This document shows, piece by piece, positions 18,129-28,331 of a stretch of DNA of 64,000 nt (its first letter is position 1; each line of letters starts with the position of its first letter). The translations under genes were made by a program, and so were the position numbers. The DNA comes from Beijerinckiaceae bacterium (GTDB lineage: Bacteria; Pseudomonadota; Alphaproteobacteria; Rhizobiales; Beijerinckiaceae): contig CANJVX010000005.1 in NCBI GenBank assembly GCA_947478405.1, forward strand, positions 2,255 through 66,254, read 5' to 3'. The notes below the pieces were generated by a model, which did no database searches, was not told the origin of the DNA, and was given only the letters and a program-made list of their open reading frames with translations.

Positions 18129-18965
18129 TCAGCGCTTTTCTTGTGTTTGGGTCAGGCCAAATTGCGAGCGATCAATGGCGGCCTTGGCGGCGGGATCGAG
18201 CGTCTTCTGGCGGAAATGTTCCCATGGGCGATTGATATCGAATTCATCTTCCGTGAACAGCTCAGGCGTGTTCATGGTTTTGACATTCTTGGACAGATAG
18301 AGCGCCTGCGTCTGCATTTTCGCATTGATGTCGATATAAACGGCAAAGACCACCGCCTGTTTGATCGACTTGCCAACGACCGTCTCACCATGTCCGCGCA
18401 TCAGCGCGACGGGATTGGGGCCAAGCGTCTTGGCAAGCGCAGCACCACGCTTGCTATCGGTGATCTGCATGCCGCGCCCACCAGGCTCACGCGCATCGCG
18501 GATTTCAAAGGTGGGGGATTCCAGCGGCAAGAAACCTGCTTGCGCCACAACCGGCTTGAGCTTGATCGGCGTCAGGCTGAGCGGAATCACGCCCATGGAA
18601 TGAGAATGAATGACCGACTTCACATCCGGCCGCGCCTTGTAAATTTCACCGTGAATATAGCGCTCGCCATTGACGCGCCGCCCCTTGGGATCAATCGGCT
18701 GGCTGTCAGACACGCGCACTTCAAGAATATCAGCTTTGGTGACCAGCGCGGGCGGCATGGCTTGCGGCATCAGAAAAATATTTGGATCCTTGTTGGACCG
18801 CGCCGTGACATGGCCGAAGGAATCGAGAATGCCTTCATTGACCAGAATTTTGTAGGCCGTGACGATATCCTCTTTCAAGGCGTCATCGGGATCCGACGGT
18901 GTCTGCGCAACCGCACTGCTTGCGAGGCCGATACAAAGCGCAAGCGCCATAAATCTCTTCGACAT
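18129..18965 (-). CDS. class II aldolase/adducin-family protein with N-terminal signal peptide
   Basis: Leader MSKRFMALALCIGLASSAVA/QT. Aldolase_II pattern ILDSFGHVTARS, metal motif VIHSHS, MRGHGETVVG. Confidence 0.75.
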   Translation of the reverse strand: MSKRFMALALCIGLASSAVAQTPSDPDDALKEDIVTAYKILVNEGILDSFGHVTARSNKDPNIFLMPQAMPPALVTKADILEVRVSDSQPIDPKGRRVNGERYIHGEIYKARPDVKSVIHSHSMGVIPLSLTPIKLKPVVAQAGFLPLESPTFEIRDAREPGGRGMQITDSKRGAALAKTLGPNPVALMRGHGETVVGKSIKQAVVFAVYIDINAKMQTQALYLSKNVKTMNTPELFTEDEFDINRPWEHFRQKTLDPAAKAAIDRSQFGLTQTQEKR

Positions 18966-19126
18966 GACGTCCCCCCTTTTATTTTATGGGCAAATTAGAC
19001 GCGGCTTCGCGCTGCAGCGCAATGGATGCGGGAGGGAATTGAATGAGTGCAACCACAATTGGATTGGCGAGACGGTCCCCCGACGATCAGGCTGGTCGGA
19101 AAGTCTCAACATATGGGAGAAACGCC

Positions 19127-19924
19127 ATGTTGCGCCGTCATCTGGCAACCTGTCTTGCCACTGCACTGATCGCTTTTTCCGTCCCGGCTTTGGCTCAAAC
19201 CACGCCCGCTCCCCTTGTCAAAGAAGCCAAGGTCGCCGCGCCCAAGCGCATTCTCTTCATCGGCAACAGCCTGATGTATTACAGCGGCGGCCTGCAGACG
19301 CATCTGCACCGCATGGCTGGCGCAGGCAGCCCGCCGATCGACCTCAAGGATGGCTACAAGTCTGTTCACATCACCGGGGCCAATCTCACCAACTACCCGA
19401 TCGATTTTCTGGTGAAGCCAGGCAATGTTGGCGTGAAAGAGCCCTTTGAGCTGGTCGTCTTTGCTTCAAACTCGCTCGATGCGAGCTCAGAACAAGGCAA
19501 AACGACTTACCTCCAGAAAACCGCCGAATGGGTGAAAATCATCCGCGCGGTTGGCGCTGAACCGGTGCTCTATTGGTTGCCTGCAACAGTCAAGCCACAC
19601 CCGCTGGCTGGCAGCGACCTGGGCGCCAAGACCGAAGAGATGATGCTGAAGGCAGCCAATGAAAATAATGTTCTGGTGGTGCCTGTGGCCCTCGCGTTCC
19701 GCGAAGCCTATCGCCAGCGCCCGGACATCAAATTGCAAGTCTATGATGGCAACCATCCGACAGTTGCTGGACAATATCTGGCAGCAGCGACCGCCTATGC
19801 CACGTTCTACAAGCAGTCTCCCGTTGGAAACCCCTATGATTATTTCGGCGCGCTTGATGCCGACACGAAAGCCTTCGTGCAGAAGATTGCCAATGACACT
19901 GTGAAAAGCTTCTTCGGGCGCTGA
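19127..19924 (+). CDS. secreted SGNH/GDSL-like hydrolase family protein
   Basis: GGGAGA RBS before ATG 19127. Signal peptide MLRRHLATCLATALIAFSVPALA. Block I-like ILFIGNSL and block V-like DGNHPT. Confidence 0.5.
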   Translation: MLRRHLATCLATALIAFSVPALAQTTPAPLVKEAKVAAPKRILFIGNSLMYYSGGLQTHLHRMAGAGSPPIDLKDGYKSVHITGANLTNYPIDFLVKPGNVGVKEPFELVVFASNSLDASSEQGKTTYLQKTAEWVKIIRAVGAEPVLYWLPATVKPHPLAGSDLGAKTEEMMLKAANENNVLVVPVALAFREAYRQRPDIKLQVYDGNHPTVAGQYLAAATAYATFYKQSPVGNPYDYFGALDADTKAFVQKIANDTVKSFFGR

Positions 19925-19936
19925 ACCGCGCCCTTT

Positions 19937-20953
19937 TCACGGACTACCCAAAAGCTCCTTCGCCAGGTCAATCACATCTGGTGGCGAATTGATAATCTCG
20001 CGGGCGATGCGATCCAGCGTCGCCCCATCGGTTGGCTCGATTTCCATCTTCAATTTGACGGCTTCCTGCAAGAAAGCCTTGTCGGTCATCGTGGCGTCAA
20101 AAGCCTTGCGTAAAATTGCGACACGTTCACTCGGCGTGCCCGGGGGCACAAAAAAGGCGCGCGCAAATTGACCAGAGGCTGAAATCAGTCGGACCGCTGC
20201 TTTTTCTTTCTCGCCTTGTGCAAGCTCGAGCAAAGTTGGTACGTCAGGCAAAGTGGGATCACGCGTCAAACCATCGACAACAAGAACCTTGAACGACTTG
20301 TTCTCAATATATTGGGGCGCGGAAATAACGACGCTGATCCAATTGGCGCCGCGGCCATGAATCTCACCACGCTCCATGGCCAGATTGAGATCCGCCGTTC
20401 CGTTATAGCCTAAGACAATCTTGTATTTTGTACCCAATAATTGGTTGAGCGTGGCTGGCACCGTATAGGTCGGCGAATTGCGCCCTGTCGCCCCAATGAT
20501 TGTTTCAACTTTCTTGGCCTCTTCCAAAGTCTGAGACGGCGCATTGCGCCAGACGCCGAGCATATTGCGCAGCGGCGCCATATTGCCGATCCAATGCCAT
20601 TTGGTGACATCATAACGGCCCTTCACATCCGCCTCTGTGATTTGGCTTGTCACATTCGTTTGCTGAACAATCCCGATGGTGAGGCCATCTTTGGCAACTG
20701 AATGTTCCATTTGCACAGCAGTGGCCACGCCACCGCCAACACCGCCGGCAATTTTGACGACCATGCCAGGTTGCCCCGGAATGAAACGAGGCATGTGATT
20801 GGCGAGTGTGCGCGCATAAACATCATAAGAACCGCCAGCGCCCGCGCCGACCAGAACAGAGATGCTCTTGCCCGCATAAAAATCCTCCGCCGCAACGGGT
20901 GCTGCGAAGGCCATTGCTGCAACGCCCAGAAGGAAAGAAAGCCTCTTTGACAT
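19937..20953 (-). CDS. Bug/TctC-family substrate-binding protein
   Basis: GAGGAGGA RBS, signal peptide, and FYAGKSISVLVGAGAGGSYDVYARTLANHMPRFIPGQPGMVVKIAGGVGG. Confidence 0.85.
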   Translation of the reverse strand: MSKRLSFLLGVAAMAFAAPVAAEDFYAGKSISVLVGAGAGGSYDVYARTLANHMPRFIPGQPGMVVKIAGGVGGGVATAVQMEHSVAKDGLTIGIVQQTNVTSQITEADVKGRYDVTKWHWIGNMAPLRNMLGVWRNAPSQTLEEAKKVETIIGATGRNSPTYTVPATLNQLLGTKYKIVLGYNGTADLNLAMERGEIHGRGANWISVVISAPQYIENKSFKVLVVDGLTRDPTLPDVPTLLELAQGEKEKAAVRLISASGQFARAFFVPPGTPSERVAILRKAFDATMTDKAFLQEAVKLKMEIEPTDGATLDRIAREIINSPPDVIDLAKELLGSP

Positions 20954-20977
20954 GTCGTCTCCTCCTCGTTGGCGCGA

Positions 20978-21778
20978 TCAGTTAAAGCGCTTACACCAAT
21001 CAATGACGATTCTGTTGAACCCGTCCGGATCTTCAATATTGGGCAGATGGCGCGCTTTGGGAATGGCGAGGAATTCCCCTCGCTGTACCGTCTGCGCGAT
21101 CATCCGGTTCTCTTCCGGATTGGCGCCTGGATCGTCTTCACCACACAACACATAGGTCGGTGCTGAAATTTTGGCGAGCTGATCCGTCCATTTGAAATTC
21201 TGGATCGCTGCCGCACAACCGATATAGCCCGACGGTGTACACGAAGCGACCGTCTCACGAATCTGCTTCCAGCGACCCGGATTGCGCGCCTTGAACTCTG
21301 GCGAGAGCCAACGCCCCAGCGTGGTGTCAGCGATTGGTTCCAGTGAATTGTCGCGGCGAATATGGATGATGCGATCACCCCAGCGCTTCTGTGCGTCTGC
21401 TGGCGACTGACTTTGCGTATCACATAGGACAAGCGAGCGTAGCCGCTCGGGATGATTGATCCCGAGGCCTTGCCCGATCATGCCACCAATCGACAGGCCA
21501 CAGAAATGGACCTTCTCGATTTCCAACCGGTCCATAACTTCGACCGCGTCATTGACGAGATCATCCATCAGATAAAGACCGGGCGCTGCATCACTCCCGC
21601 CATGACCACGCAAATCCACCCGCAGCACACGGAAACCGGCGGCTGTAAAAGCAGCCACCTGTTCCGCCCACATACCCATGTCCGAGGCGAGCGCGTGACC
21701 AAAATAAACGACCGGCGCTTTTTCATCACCAACCAGATCATAGGCGATGCGCAAGCCATTTGCTTTTCTGTAAAGCAT
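20978..21778 (-). CDS. alpha/beta hydrolase (3-oxoadipate enol-lactonase-like)
   Basis: Nucleophile elbow GLSIGG, HG box LRGHGGSD. ATG 21778 lies 10 nt after the upstream stop with an AAGGGG RBS. Confidence 0.8.
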   Translation of the reverse strand: MLYRKANGLRIAYDLVGDEKAPVVYFGHALASDMGMWAEQVAAFTAAGFRVLRVDLRGHGGSDAAPGLYLMDDLVNDAVEVMDRLEIEKVHFCGLSIGGMIGQGLGINHPERLRSLVLCDTQSQSPADAQKRWGDRIIHIRRDNSLEPIADTTLGRWLSPEFKARNPGRWKQIRETVASCTPSGYIGCAAAIQNFKWTDQLAKISAPTYVLCGEDDPGANPEENRMIAQTVQRGEFLAIPKARHLPNIEDPDGFNRIVIDWCKRFN

Positions 21779-21788
21779 GTCGCGCCCC

Positions 21789-22652
21789 TTAGGCTTGATG
21801 CGCCCGAACCGGCACATCCATGCGGCCGATCAGCGGGCTTTCGAGCGTGATGACATCACCCGGCTTGACTGGCCCCACGCCCGAGCATGTGCCCGTGTAA
21901 ATCACATCGCCCGGATAGAGCGTGTAGAATGACGTGGCAAATTCGATCAGACGACGCACATCGTAGATCAGATAAGCGGAATTTGTTTTCTGGCGTGTCT
22001 CGCCATTCACTTTCAGCTCCAGTGGCACATCGGTGGGATCTGGCACTTCATCGGCTGTCACCATCCACGGGCCAAGCACCGCATAACCATCCGGAGACTT
22101 GCGGAAAGAACGATCTTCCGGACCACGAATGGTCATGTCGAGCCCGAGTGAATAGCCGGCGACGTAATTCAACGCATCTTCTTGGGTTACATTCGTGCAT
22201 TGCTTGCCGATAACGACCACGAGCTCAAGCTCATGATCGGTGCGGCGCTCCGGGAAACGCACAGGCACACCAGCAGCGGGGCCCACCAAAGAGGTTGGCG
22301 CCTTCAAAAAGAGTCCATCGGTGCCGATCTTGGCGGTATGTTTCGAGCCGCCGGCCTGACGTGCCGCTTCCATCTCAATAATATGATCCTGATAGTTCGT
22401 CGGTGCAGCAACGATCTTGGGCACGCGCGCAACAGGCGAGAGCAGCTTCACGCTCGACACATCAACGCCCGGCACTTTTTTCGCAGCTTCAGCCAGACGA
22501 TCCTTGATCTGCGGCAGCGCCGCGATCACAGCATCATACATAGCCGTGTAGGGCGCCTTGGCGCGCACCTCAGTCTGGATCTCTGTGACATCATGAATTT
22601 TGTCGCCAATGACAACACCGAGGCGATCATCTCCGAAACGGCAAATACGCAT
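21789..22652 (-). CDS. fumarylacetoacetate hydrolase (FAH) family protein
   Basis: FAH C-terminal domain pattern (DHELELVVVIGK, GDVIYTGTCSGVGPVKPGD). Confidence 0.85.
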   Translation of the reverse strand: MRICRFGDDRLGVVIGDKIHDVTEIQTEVRAKAPYTAMYDAVIAALPQIKDRLAEAAKKVPGVDVSSVKLLSPVARVPKIVAAPTNYQDHIIEMEAARQAGGSKHTAKIGTDGLFLKAPTSLVGPAAGVPVRFPERRTDHELELVVVIGKQCTNVTQEDALNYVAGYSLGLDMTIRGPEDRSFRKSPDGYAVLGPWMVTADEVPDPTDVPLELKVNGETRQKTNSAYLIYDVRRLIEFATSFYTLYPGDVIYTGTCSGVGPVKPGDVITLESPLIGRMDVPVRAHQA

Positions 22653-22679
22653 AGTCTTAGTCCTTTCGTGATCTTGGGC

Positions 22680-24077
22680 TCAGGCCTGGAGGGCCTTAGA
22701 AATATCTTGTGCGCTCGACAAGCGCTCAGCATTCATGACGAGATCAATGATCTTGTCGGTTTTTTCACGTGAGAATTGGGTTTCCGCGAGCTTGTGGAAC
22801 TTGGCGATCACATCCGCTTCAGTGGCGAATTTATGCTCACTGCCGCGCGGTGATTCGACGGTTTCTTCCTGCACATCGCCATTCTTGAAACGGATTTCGA
22901 CGCGCACCTTGTGACGGAAGCGCGAGCCAAGCGCCGTGATGGCGGGATCTTCCACCACATCAACGATCTTCGACACTTCCATGCGCTGCGGATCAGCAAC
23001 CTTGTCTTCTGTGAACTGCGCCACGAAGGCATCACCTTCAATCAGATAAGTGGCGATGCAATAGGGCAGGTTGAGCTGGGCCGAGGTGAGACCCTGTGGC
23101 TTGTAGGGCCAGCCGACATGATCAGCCGTGACGCGTGAGCCATGCACGATGATTTTTTCAATGTCATTCAGCGTGAAGGGGCGGCGCGCCTGAATCTCGC
23201 GGATACCATCGAGTGTCGTATGGTTTGAGCCCACGCAGGAATAGAATTTCAGCGCGATCTGCATCGTCTCGAAACGTTCACCCAGACCATCGGAAAGAGC
23301 GGCGAGATTGAAGCGGTCGGTCGAGCGCGAGAACGTCGTGCAGAAGCCGCCATATTCGCTCTCCAGCACGTCTTGAATGCCGGTGAAGCCCTTCTTGGCC
23401 AAGAGCGCGCCGTAATAACCCGATTGCGCCGAGCGTCCCGCATGCATGCGCTTGACCATCGAACCATATTGCGCGGCCATCAGGCCCGCAGCCTGCGTGC
23501 CACCAATCCCCAAAGCATTCACGGTCTGGCCGACATCAAGCCGCATGGCGCGTGCTGAACCAGCAGCAGCTGAGAAGACGCCCAAGGTGGCGCCTGAGTG
23601 CCAGCCTTGGCCGATATGTTCTTGCCCCATGCAAATGCCCACACGCGGGCCAATTTCATAGCCAGCAACGGTTGAGGCCAAAAAGTCCTTGCCGGAAATC
23701 GATGCGTCTTTTTCTAGAACTGCCAGAACGCCAGGCAGGGTTACCGCGCCCACATGCAACACGCCAACGCGATGCACATCGTCCAGCTCAAAGCTCTGCA
23801 CCAGCGAGCCGTTGATGAGAACAGCATGGGGAGAGGAAAGCTTGTCCTTTGTGCCCCAGACGGAAGAATCAGCTGTCTTGTCCACTTCCCCCAATGTCTC
23901 GCGCAGAATGCGGCTCCAAGGGAGATTGATGCCGTAAATAGCGCAGCCCAGCGAATCCAGCGTCAGCAATTTGATCCGCTTCAACACGTCGGCGGGAATG
24001 CGTTCGAAGGTGAAGCCACTGACAAATTCAGCAATGGCATGTGTATGGGGATTTTCGCCGTTATGAGACTTGGCCAT
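22680..24077 (-). CDS. MmgE/PrpD-family protein (2-methylcitrate dehydratase-like)
   Basis: 465 aa. Typical N-terminus IAEFVSGFTFERIPADVLKRIKLLTLDSLGCAIYG and GWHSGATLGVF core. Confidence 0.85.
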   Translation of the reverse strand: MAKSHNGENPHTHAIAEFVSGFTFERIPADVLKRIKLLTLDSLGCAIYGINLPWSRILRETLGEVDKTADSSVWGTKDKLSSPHAVLINGSLVQSFELDDVHRVGVLHVGAVTLPGVLAVLEKDASISGKDFLASTVAGYEIGPRVGICMGQEHIGQGWHSGATLGVFSAAAGSARAMRLDVGQTVNALGIGGTQAAGLMAAQYGSMVKRMHAGRSAQSGYYGALLAKKGFTGIQDVLESEYGGFCTTFSRSTDRFNLAALSDGLGERFETMQIALKFYSCVGSNHTTLDGIREIQARRPFTLNDIEKIIVHGSRVTADHVGWPYKPQGLTSAQLNLPYCIATYLIEGDAFVAQFTEDKVADPQRMEVSKIVDVVEDPAITALGSRFRHKVRVEIRFKNGDVQEETVESPRGSEHKFATEADVIAKFHKLAETQFSREKTDKIIDLVMNAERLSSAQDISKALQA

Positions 24078-24097
24078 GGTTTTTCCTTTTTCTTGTT

Positions 24098-25432
24098 TCA
24101 GCAGAGCCAGTCTATCTGGCGTTCATTTTCGATGGACAGAAGGCGGGTGAACAAAGCTGCGCTGTCGCCTTCATAATCGCGTGTCATAATATCAAAGCGC
24201 TCGCGCAATTGGCGCGCATCCAGCGGCATGCCCGGCGTTCCGGGAAATTCCGCTACCTCCATGTCGAGGACGCGACCATCTTCCAGTGTGAGCACACTGC
24301 GTGTCATCCAGTCTGAATGGCTTTCGCGGCCATCGCTAACAACATCAATCTTGCTAGCCAACGCGCGGACCTGTGGGTCGCTGAGTTTTGAGGGATCAAA
24401 ACTTGCTGGATCAGCAGCACTGCCCGTCAAGGCGCAGGCCAGCGAGAAGGGGATCGAATAATTGGCAAGGGCAGGATCCGTGGGCGCCTGATTGCCATTG
24501 AGTTCAGCCATACGGCTCGTGCCATGCACGACAATATGCTTCACCTGTTCCGGCTTCAATCCAATCTCGCGCTGCCAGCATTCGGCAGCATAGATCGCTG
24601 TATGCGCCGTGATATGACAAGGATAGCGCTTCAGGCAGATTTTCAGCGTCTCGTAATCACGGCCCAAACCACCCGTCAGTTTTTCAAGATCTTGCTTGCC
24701 GCAGAAGGTGGCTAGAAAACCGCGCTTGCCTTCGAGCACCTGATGAGGGCCCTCATAACCCCGCTCTGCCATTTGCGCGGCAAAGATTCCATTTTGCGCC
24801 GCGCGACCAATATGCAGGCGCTTCACCATCGCACCCTGCCCTTCATACGCAAATTGCATGATGCCAGCCGACATGGATGCTGCCAATCCAAAAGCGGAAT
24901 TCATACGAGACGCATCCAGCCCGTAAATCTTGCCTGCGGCAGCGGCTGCTCCAAACGGCCCCGTCAATCCCGGCGCGTGGAACCCGCGCGGCTCAGCGGA
25001 ATGGAGGGTCGCGGCACCAATGCGCATCATCACCTCAAAGCCCGCGATAATGGCTTCCAGCAAAGCACGCCCACTTGCACAACGCTCCTGTGCAGCTGCT
25101 AGTGCTGCTGCAATGACAATGGCGCCGGGATGAACGCCAGCACCAGGCTTGCGCAAGGAATCCAGTTCCAATGCATGCGCAAGCAAGCCGTTGGCAAATG
25201 CAGCTTGCTCGGCCGAAAGCATCGCGCCCGGGACCCCGATCAGACGACAAGGGCCTACCGCCTGGCGCACCTGCGCGATAGCCATTTTCCCCCACGGCGT
25301 TTTGCGGCCGCGCACAGCAATGGCAAATGTATCGATAAGACATTCACGCGCTCGCGCAACCACGTCGGCAGGAACCATGTCGATGGAAAAGCTCGACGCA
25401 AATTCGGCAAGGACAGAACTTGGACCCATCAT
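24098..25432 (-). CDS. MmgE/PrpD-family protein, second divergent paralog
   Basis: 444 aa. LAEFASSFSIDMVPADVVARARECLIDTFAIAV, GFHAPGLTGPFGAAAAAG. Only distantly similar to the neighbouring paralog by eye. Confidence 0.85.
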   Translation of the reverse strand: MMGPSSVLAEFASSFSIDMVPADVVARARECLIDTFAIAVRGRKTPWGKMAIAQVRQAVGPCRLIGVPGAMLSAEQAAFANGLLAHALELDSLRKPGAGVHPGAIVIAAALAAAQERCASGRALLEAIIAGFEVMMRIGAATLHSAEPRGFHAPGLTGPFGAAAAAGKIYGLDASRMNSAFGLAASMSAGIMQFAYEGQGAMVKRLHIGRAAQNGIFAAQMAERGYEGPHQVLEGKRGFLATFCGKQDLEKLTGGLGRDYETLKICLKRYPCHITAHTAIYAAECWQREIGLKPEQVKHIVVHGTSRMAELNGNQAPTDPALANYSIPFSLACALTGSAADPASFDPSKLSDPQVRALASKIDVVSDGRESHSDWMTRSVLTLEDGRVLDMEVAEFPGTPGMPLDARQLRERFDIMTRDYEGDSAALFTRLLSIENERQIDWLC

Positions 25433-25438
25433 AAACTT

Positions 25439-26482
25439 TCAACCAATCTTCAAAACGATTTCATTGCCCTCACGCATGAGCCTTGTGCCCATATCGCGCG
25501 AACGGTTTTCGAGATCTTTGAATTCCTCTTCCTCATGCGAGAGGTCGCAGACATAGGTCTCATTATCATGATTATGACGCGCGAATTCGAAGCTCGCGCG
25601 CTCAACTCCACCCGCACCAAATTGCACTTTGGCCAACATGCCGATCCAGTCACCATGCGTGACGCCACCATGCCCAGTGTGGAAGGAGAAAGAACCCAGC
25701 CCGTAATAAATGGGCTTGCCCTTATAGACTTCGACGCCAAGTGAATAATGCGGCCCATGTCCGATCACGACATCTGCGCCCGCATCAACAGCCGCATGCG
25801 CGATTTCTTTCATATAATCCAGCACTTCCTTGTGCAGGCCCCAATGGAAAGAGCAGACAACGATATCTGCCTGTTTACGAGCCTCTGCGAGATCGGCCTG
25901 GAATTTTTCGAGATAGGCCTTGTCCGCCCAGGTCAAAATATAGGGCGGAATACCCGGTCGGTTCATCGGCGGAATTTCGCGCTTCATCTTGTACATCGGC
26001 ACTTGATAGGCCGTATGTCCGCGAATGACGGCAATGCCTGCTGAATGTTTCGTCGCTTCGTGGTTGGTAGCCCAATAGACGGAACTACGCTGCAAAAAGG
26101 CGATTTTCTTGCCGTTGCGCTCGATGAGCGCCGGCGCATGCGCAGCCGCTGCATCAGAACCTGCTCCGGTATGCAGAAATCCTGCGCGATCAAGATGTGC
26201 AATCGATTCATTGATCGTCTGTTCGCCATAATTCACATTATTGGCGAGACCCACGACTTCGATGTGAGCCTGTTTCAGCGCGGTTGCGGTCACGTGCGGA
26301 TCGGAGAAGAAGCCCTCCACGCTGGTTGATCCTTCATTCAGGCGATCTGTGAGGCAGCATTCAAGATTGGAGAAAACCAGATCAGCTTGTTCGAATGTGC
26401 CCCGCACTTTGCGAAACGGCACATCCGGATCAGTGACGTTCATCAGATTGACGTCACCAGTCAGCATGAGGGTGAAGGTCAT
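25439..26482 (-). CDS. CapA-family (PGA_cap metallophosphatase-like) protein, no signal peptide
   Basis: MLTGDVNL...FEQADLVFSNLEC, SFHWGLH, VIGHGPH motifs. AAGGAAG RBS. Confidence 0.7.
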   Translation of the reverse strand: MTFTLMLTGDVNLMNVTDPDVPFRKVRGTFEQADLVFSNLECCLTDRLNEGSTSVEGFFSDPHVTATALKQAHIEVVGLANNVNYGEQTINESIAHLDRAGFLHTGAGSDAAAAHAPALIERNGKKIAFLQRSSVYWATNHEATKHSAGIAVIRGHTAYQVPMYKMKREIPPMNRPGIPPYILTWADKAYLEKFQADLAEARKQADIVVCSFHWGLHKEVLDYMKEIAHAAVDAGADVVIGHGPHYSLGVEVYKGKPIYYGLGSFSFHTGHGGVTHGDWIGMLAKVQFGAGGVERASFEFARHNHDNETYVCDLSHEEEEFKDLENRSRDMGTRLMREGNEIVLKIG

Positions 26483-26497
26483 TCTTTTCTTCCTTTT

Positions 26498-27499
26498 TTA
26501 ATCAGCAATTTCGTTGAGGCCGGGAACGACGAGCGCGGAAATGGGGATCATTTTTTCCATATCCTTGATCGCCACCATATCTTTCATCATGTTTTCGAGC
26601 GGCTTACGGTGAATGACGCTGGTGCGTGCGAAAAATTCAATGCGGCGGAGGAAGTCATAGGAATCGGCCACTTCCTTACGATCGCCTTTTGAGGCTTCGG
26701 TCAGAATGTCGATGGATTCTTCGCGGTTCGTGTCATCATAGAACCAAGACACAGCCTCATCTATCGCGGCATTGATCTCTTTTGCTTCTTTCATATTGGC
26801 CTTTGCCCAACGCTGCGATACTTGCATACCTGTCTGGGGCAGATCGGGCGCGTAATCGCGCACAAGACCAAGATCATTGAAGCCATTTTTGGTGGCGGTA
26901 AAATTAAACGGCGGCACCAGCATTGTGGCGTCGACCGAACCTGATTGCATGGCGGCAAAGCGGGCGCCCGTTGCACCAATCACGATAATATCGACGTCAG
27001 AATCTTTTAGCCCTGTGTGAGCCATGACGCGATCAAAATAGATTTTATTGATATCGCGCAAACCGCCCAGGGCTACTTTCTTGCCCTTGAGATCAGAAAG
27101 CGACTTGATCGATTTACCGCCGATCATGACGTAGTTGGGAGTTTGCCCCATGATGCGCATAATGGCGACCGGTGCGCCTTTTTCGACAGCATGCAACGGC
27201 TCAGCCAGACCATTCAAGGCGATCATATCAATCGAACCAGCCGTCAATTGCTGAACAAGGCCCGGCGCGGTCGGCACGAAGACAATGTCGTGCTTGATAC
27301 CATGCCGCGAGAAGAGACCCTTCTTCTGCGCAATCAGAAAAGGCCAGAGGCCTGATGTCCAAGACCCGAGGACGCCAGTGATAACCTCTTTCTCAGCCGC
27401 AAGAGCCGGCGCAGAGGCCAAGGGCGCTATTGAAAGAGTTAGGGCACACAGAACAGCGACGGTGGATTTTTGGAAAGCCTTCCGAGTGGTCCAAGCCAT
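26498..27499 (-). CDS. ABC transporter substrate-binding protein (NMT1/SsuA-like)
   Basis: GGAGGAG lies 7 nt before ATG 27499. Signal peptide ...VLCALTLSIAPLASAPALA. PBP2 pattern. Confidence 0.75.
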   Translation of the reverse strand: MAWTTRKAFQKSTVAVLCALTLSIAPLASAPALAAEKEVITGVLGSWTSGLWPFLIAQKKGLFSRHGIKHDIVFVPTAPGLVQQLTAGSIDMIALNGLAEPLHAVEKGAPVAIMRIMGQTPNYVMIGGKSIKSLSDLKGKKVALGGLRDINKIYFDRVMAHTGLKDSDVDIIVIGATGARFAAMQSGSVDATMLVPPFNFTATKNGFNDLGLVRDYAPDLPQTGMQVSQRWAKANMKEAKEINAAIDEAVSWFYDDTNREESIDILTEASKGDRKEVADSYDFLRRIEFFARTSVIHRKPLENMMKDMVAIKDMEKMIPISALVVPGLNEIAD

Positions 27500-27550
27500 T
27501 GTCATTCTCCTCCCCAAATATATCATCAAGTCAATCTTCGTCACGGGTCT

Positions 27551-28324
27551 TTAGGACTTTTCGACGAGCACGCTCTCGCGAACGTCTTTTTCAATCAATT
27601 GCCAGATGCGATCAACCAAAGCCACGAATTCCGGCCCCCGTTTTGTGGCAATATTGCGCGGGCGCGGCAGATTGATCCGGATGTCTTCTAGAATTCGGCC
27701 CGGACGGCGCGCAAAGACCAGAACGCGGTCAGCAAGAAATACGGCCTCATCAATCTGATGCGTGACAAAGAGCACGGTCTTTCGGCCCTCTTCCCAGACA
27801 CGCTGTAATTCTGTCTGCATGATTTCGCGCGTCTGCGCGTCGAGCGCCGAGAAGGGCTCATCCATCAACAAAACTTTGGGGTCGATTGCCAGAGCGCGCG
27901 CGAGATTGACGCGCTGGCGCATACCGCCCGAAAGCTGACGTGGATAATAATTTTCAAAGCCGCCAAGGCCAACAAGATTCAGCAATTGACGCACGCGTTG
28001 AGCCTCACTTGGATCCAGCCGTCCGGCCAATTCGAGGCCAACGACCGTGTTCTCCATCACTGTGCGCCATGGCAATAGACTATCTTGCTGAAAGACAAAG
28101 CCGCGATCCCGCCCCGGCCCCTCGATTTTCTTATCGGAGAGAAAGACCGCGCCTTCGTCGGTCTGCTCCAGCCCGGCAACCGTCCTCAGAAAGGTTGTCT
28201 TCCCGCACCCTGATGGTCCAACCAACGCAACAAATTCTCCATCTTCGACGGTCAGATCGACGTCTGCCAGAACATGCAGGTCGCCAAACCATTTTGATAG
28301 TCCCTTTGAAACAAGCTTGGACAT
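27551..28324 (-). CDS. ABC transporter ATP-binding protein (NitT/TauT family)
   Basis: GPSGCGKTT, LSGGMRQRVNLARA, LLMDEPF. ATG 28324 lies 7 nt after the permease stop. Confidence 0.9.
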   Translation of the reverse strand: MSKLVSKGLSKWFGDLHVLADVDLTVEDGEFVALVGPSGCGKTTFLRTVAGLEQTDEGAVFLSDKKIEGPGRDRGFVFQQDSLLPWRTVMENTVVGLELAGRLDPSEAQRVRQLLNLVGLGGFENYYPRQLSGGMRQRVNLARALAIDPKVLLMDEPFSALDAQTREIMQTELQRVWEEGRKTVLFVTHQIDEAVFLADRVLVFARRPGRILEDIRINLPRPRNIATKRGPEFVALVDRIWQLIEKDVRESVLVEKS

Positions 28325-28331
28325 TGCAGCT

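Noticed and set aside
18030-18998. Long ORFs antisense to well-supported genes. Examples: 18030-18998(+), 4068-4973(-), 12576-13250(-), 47303-48049(+), 48562-49167(+), 57440-58084(+), 53159-53821(-), 32820-33521(-), 38036-38695(+), 33691-34263(-).
   Set aside because: Each mirrors a gene with clear family motifs on the opposite strand. Their translations are Arg/Ser/Ala/Gly/His-rich with no recognisable domains or RBS. Such shadow ORFs are expected in GC-rich coding DNA.
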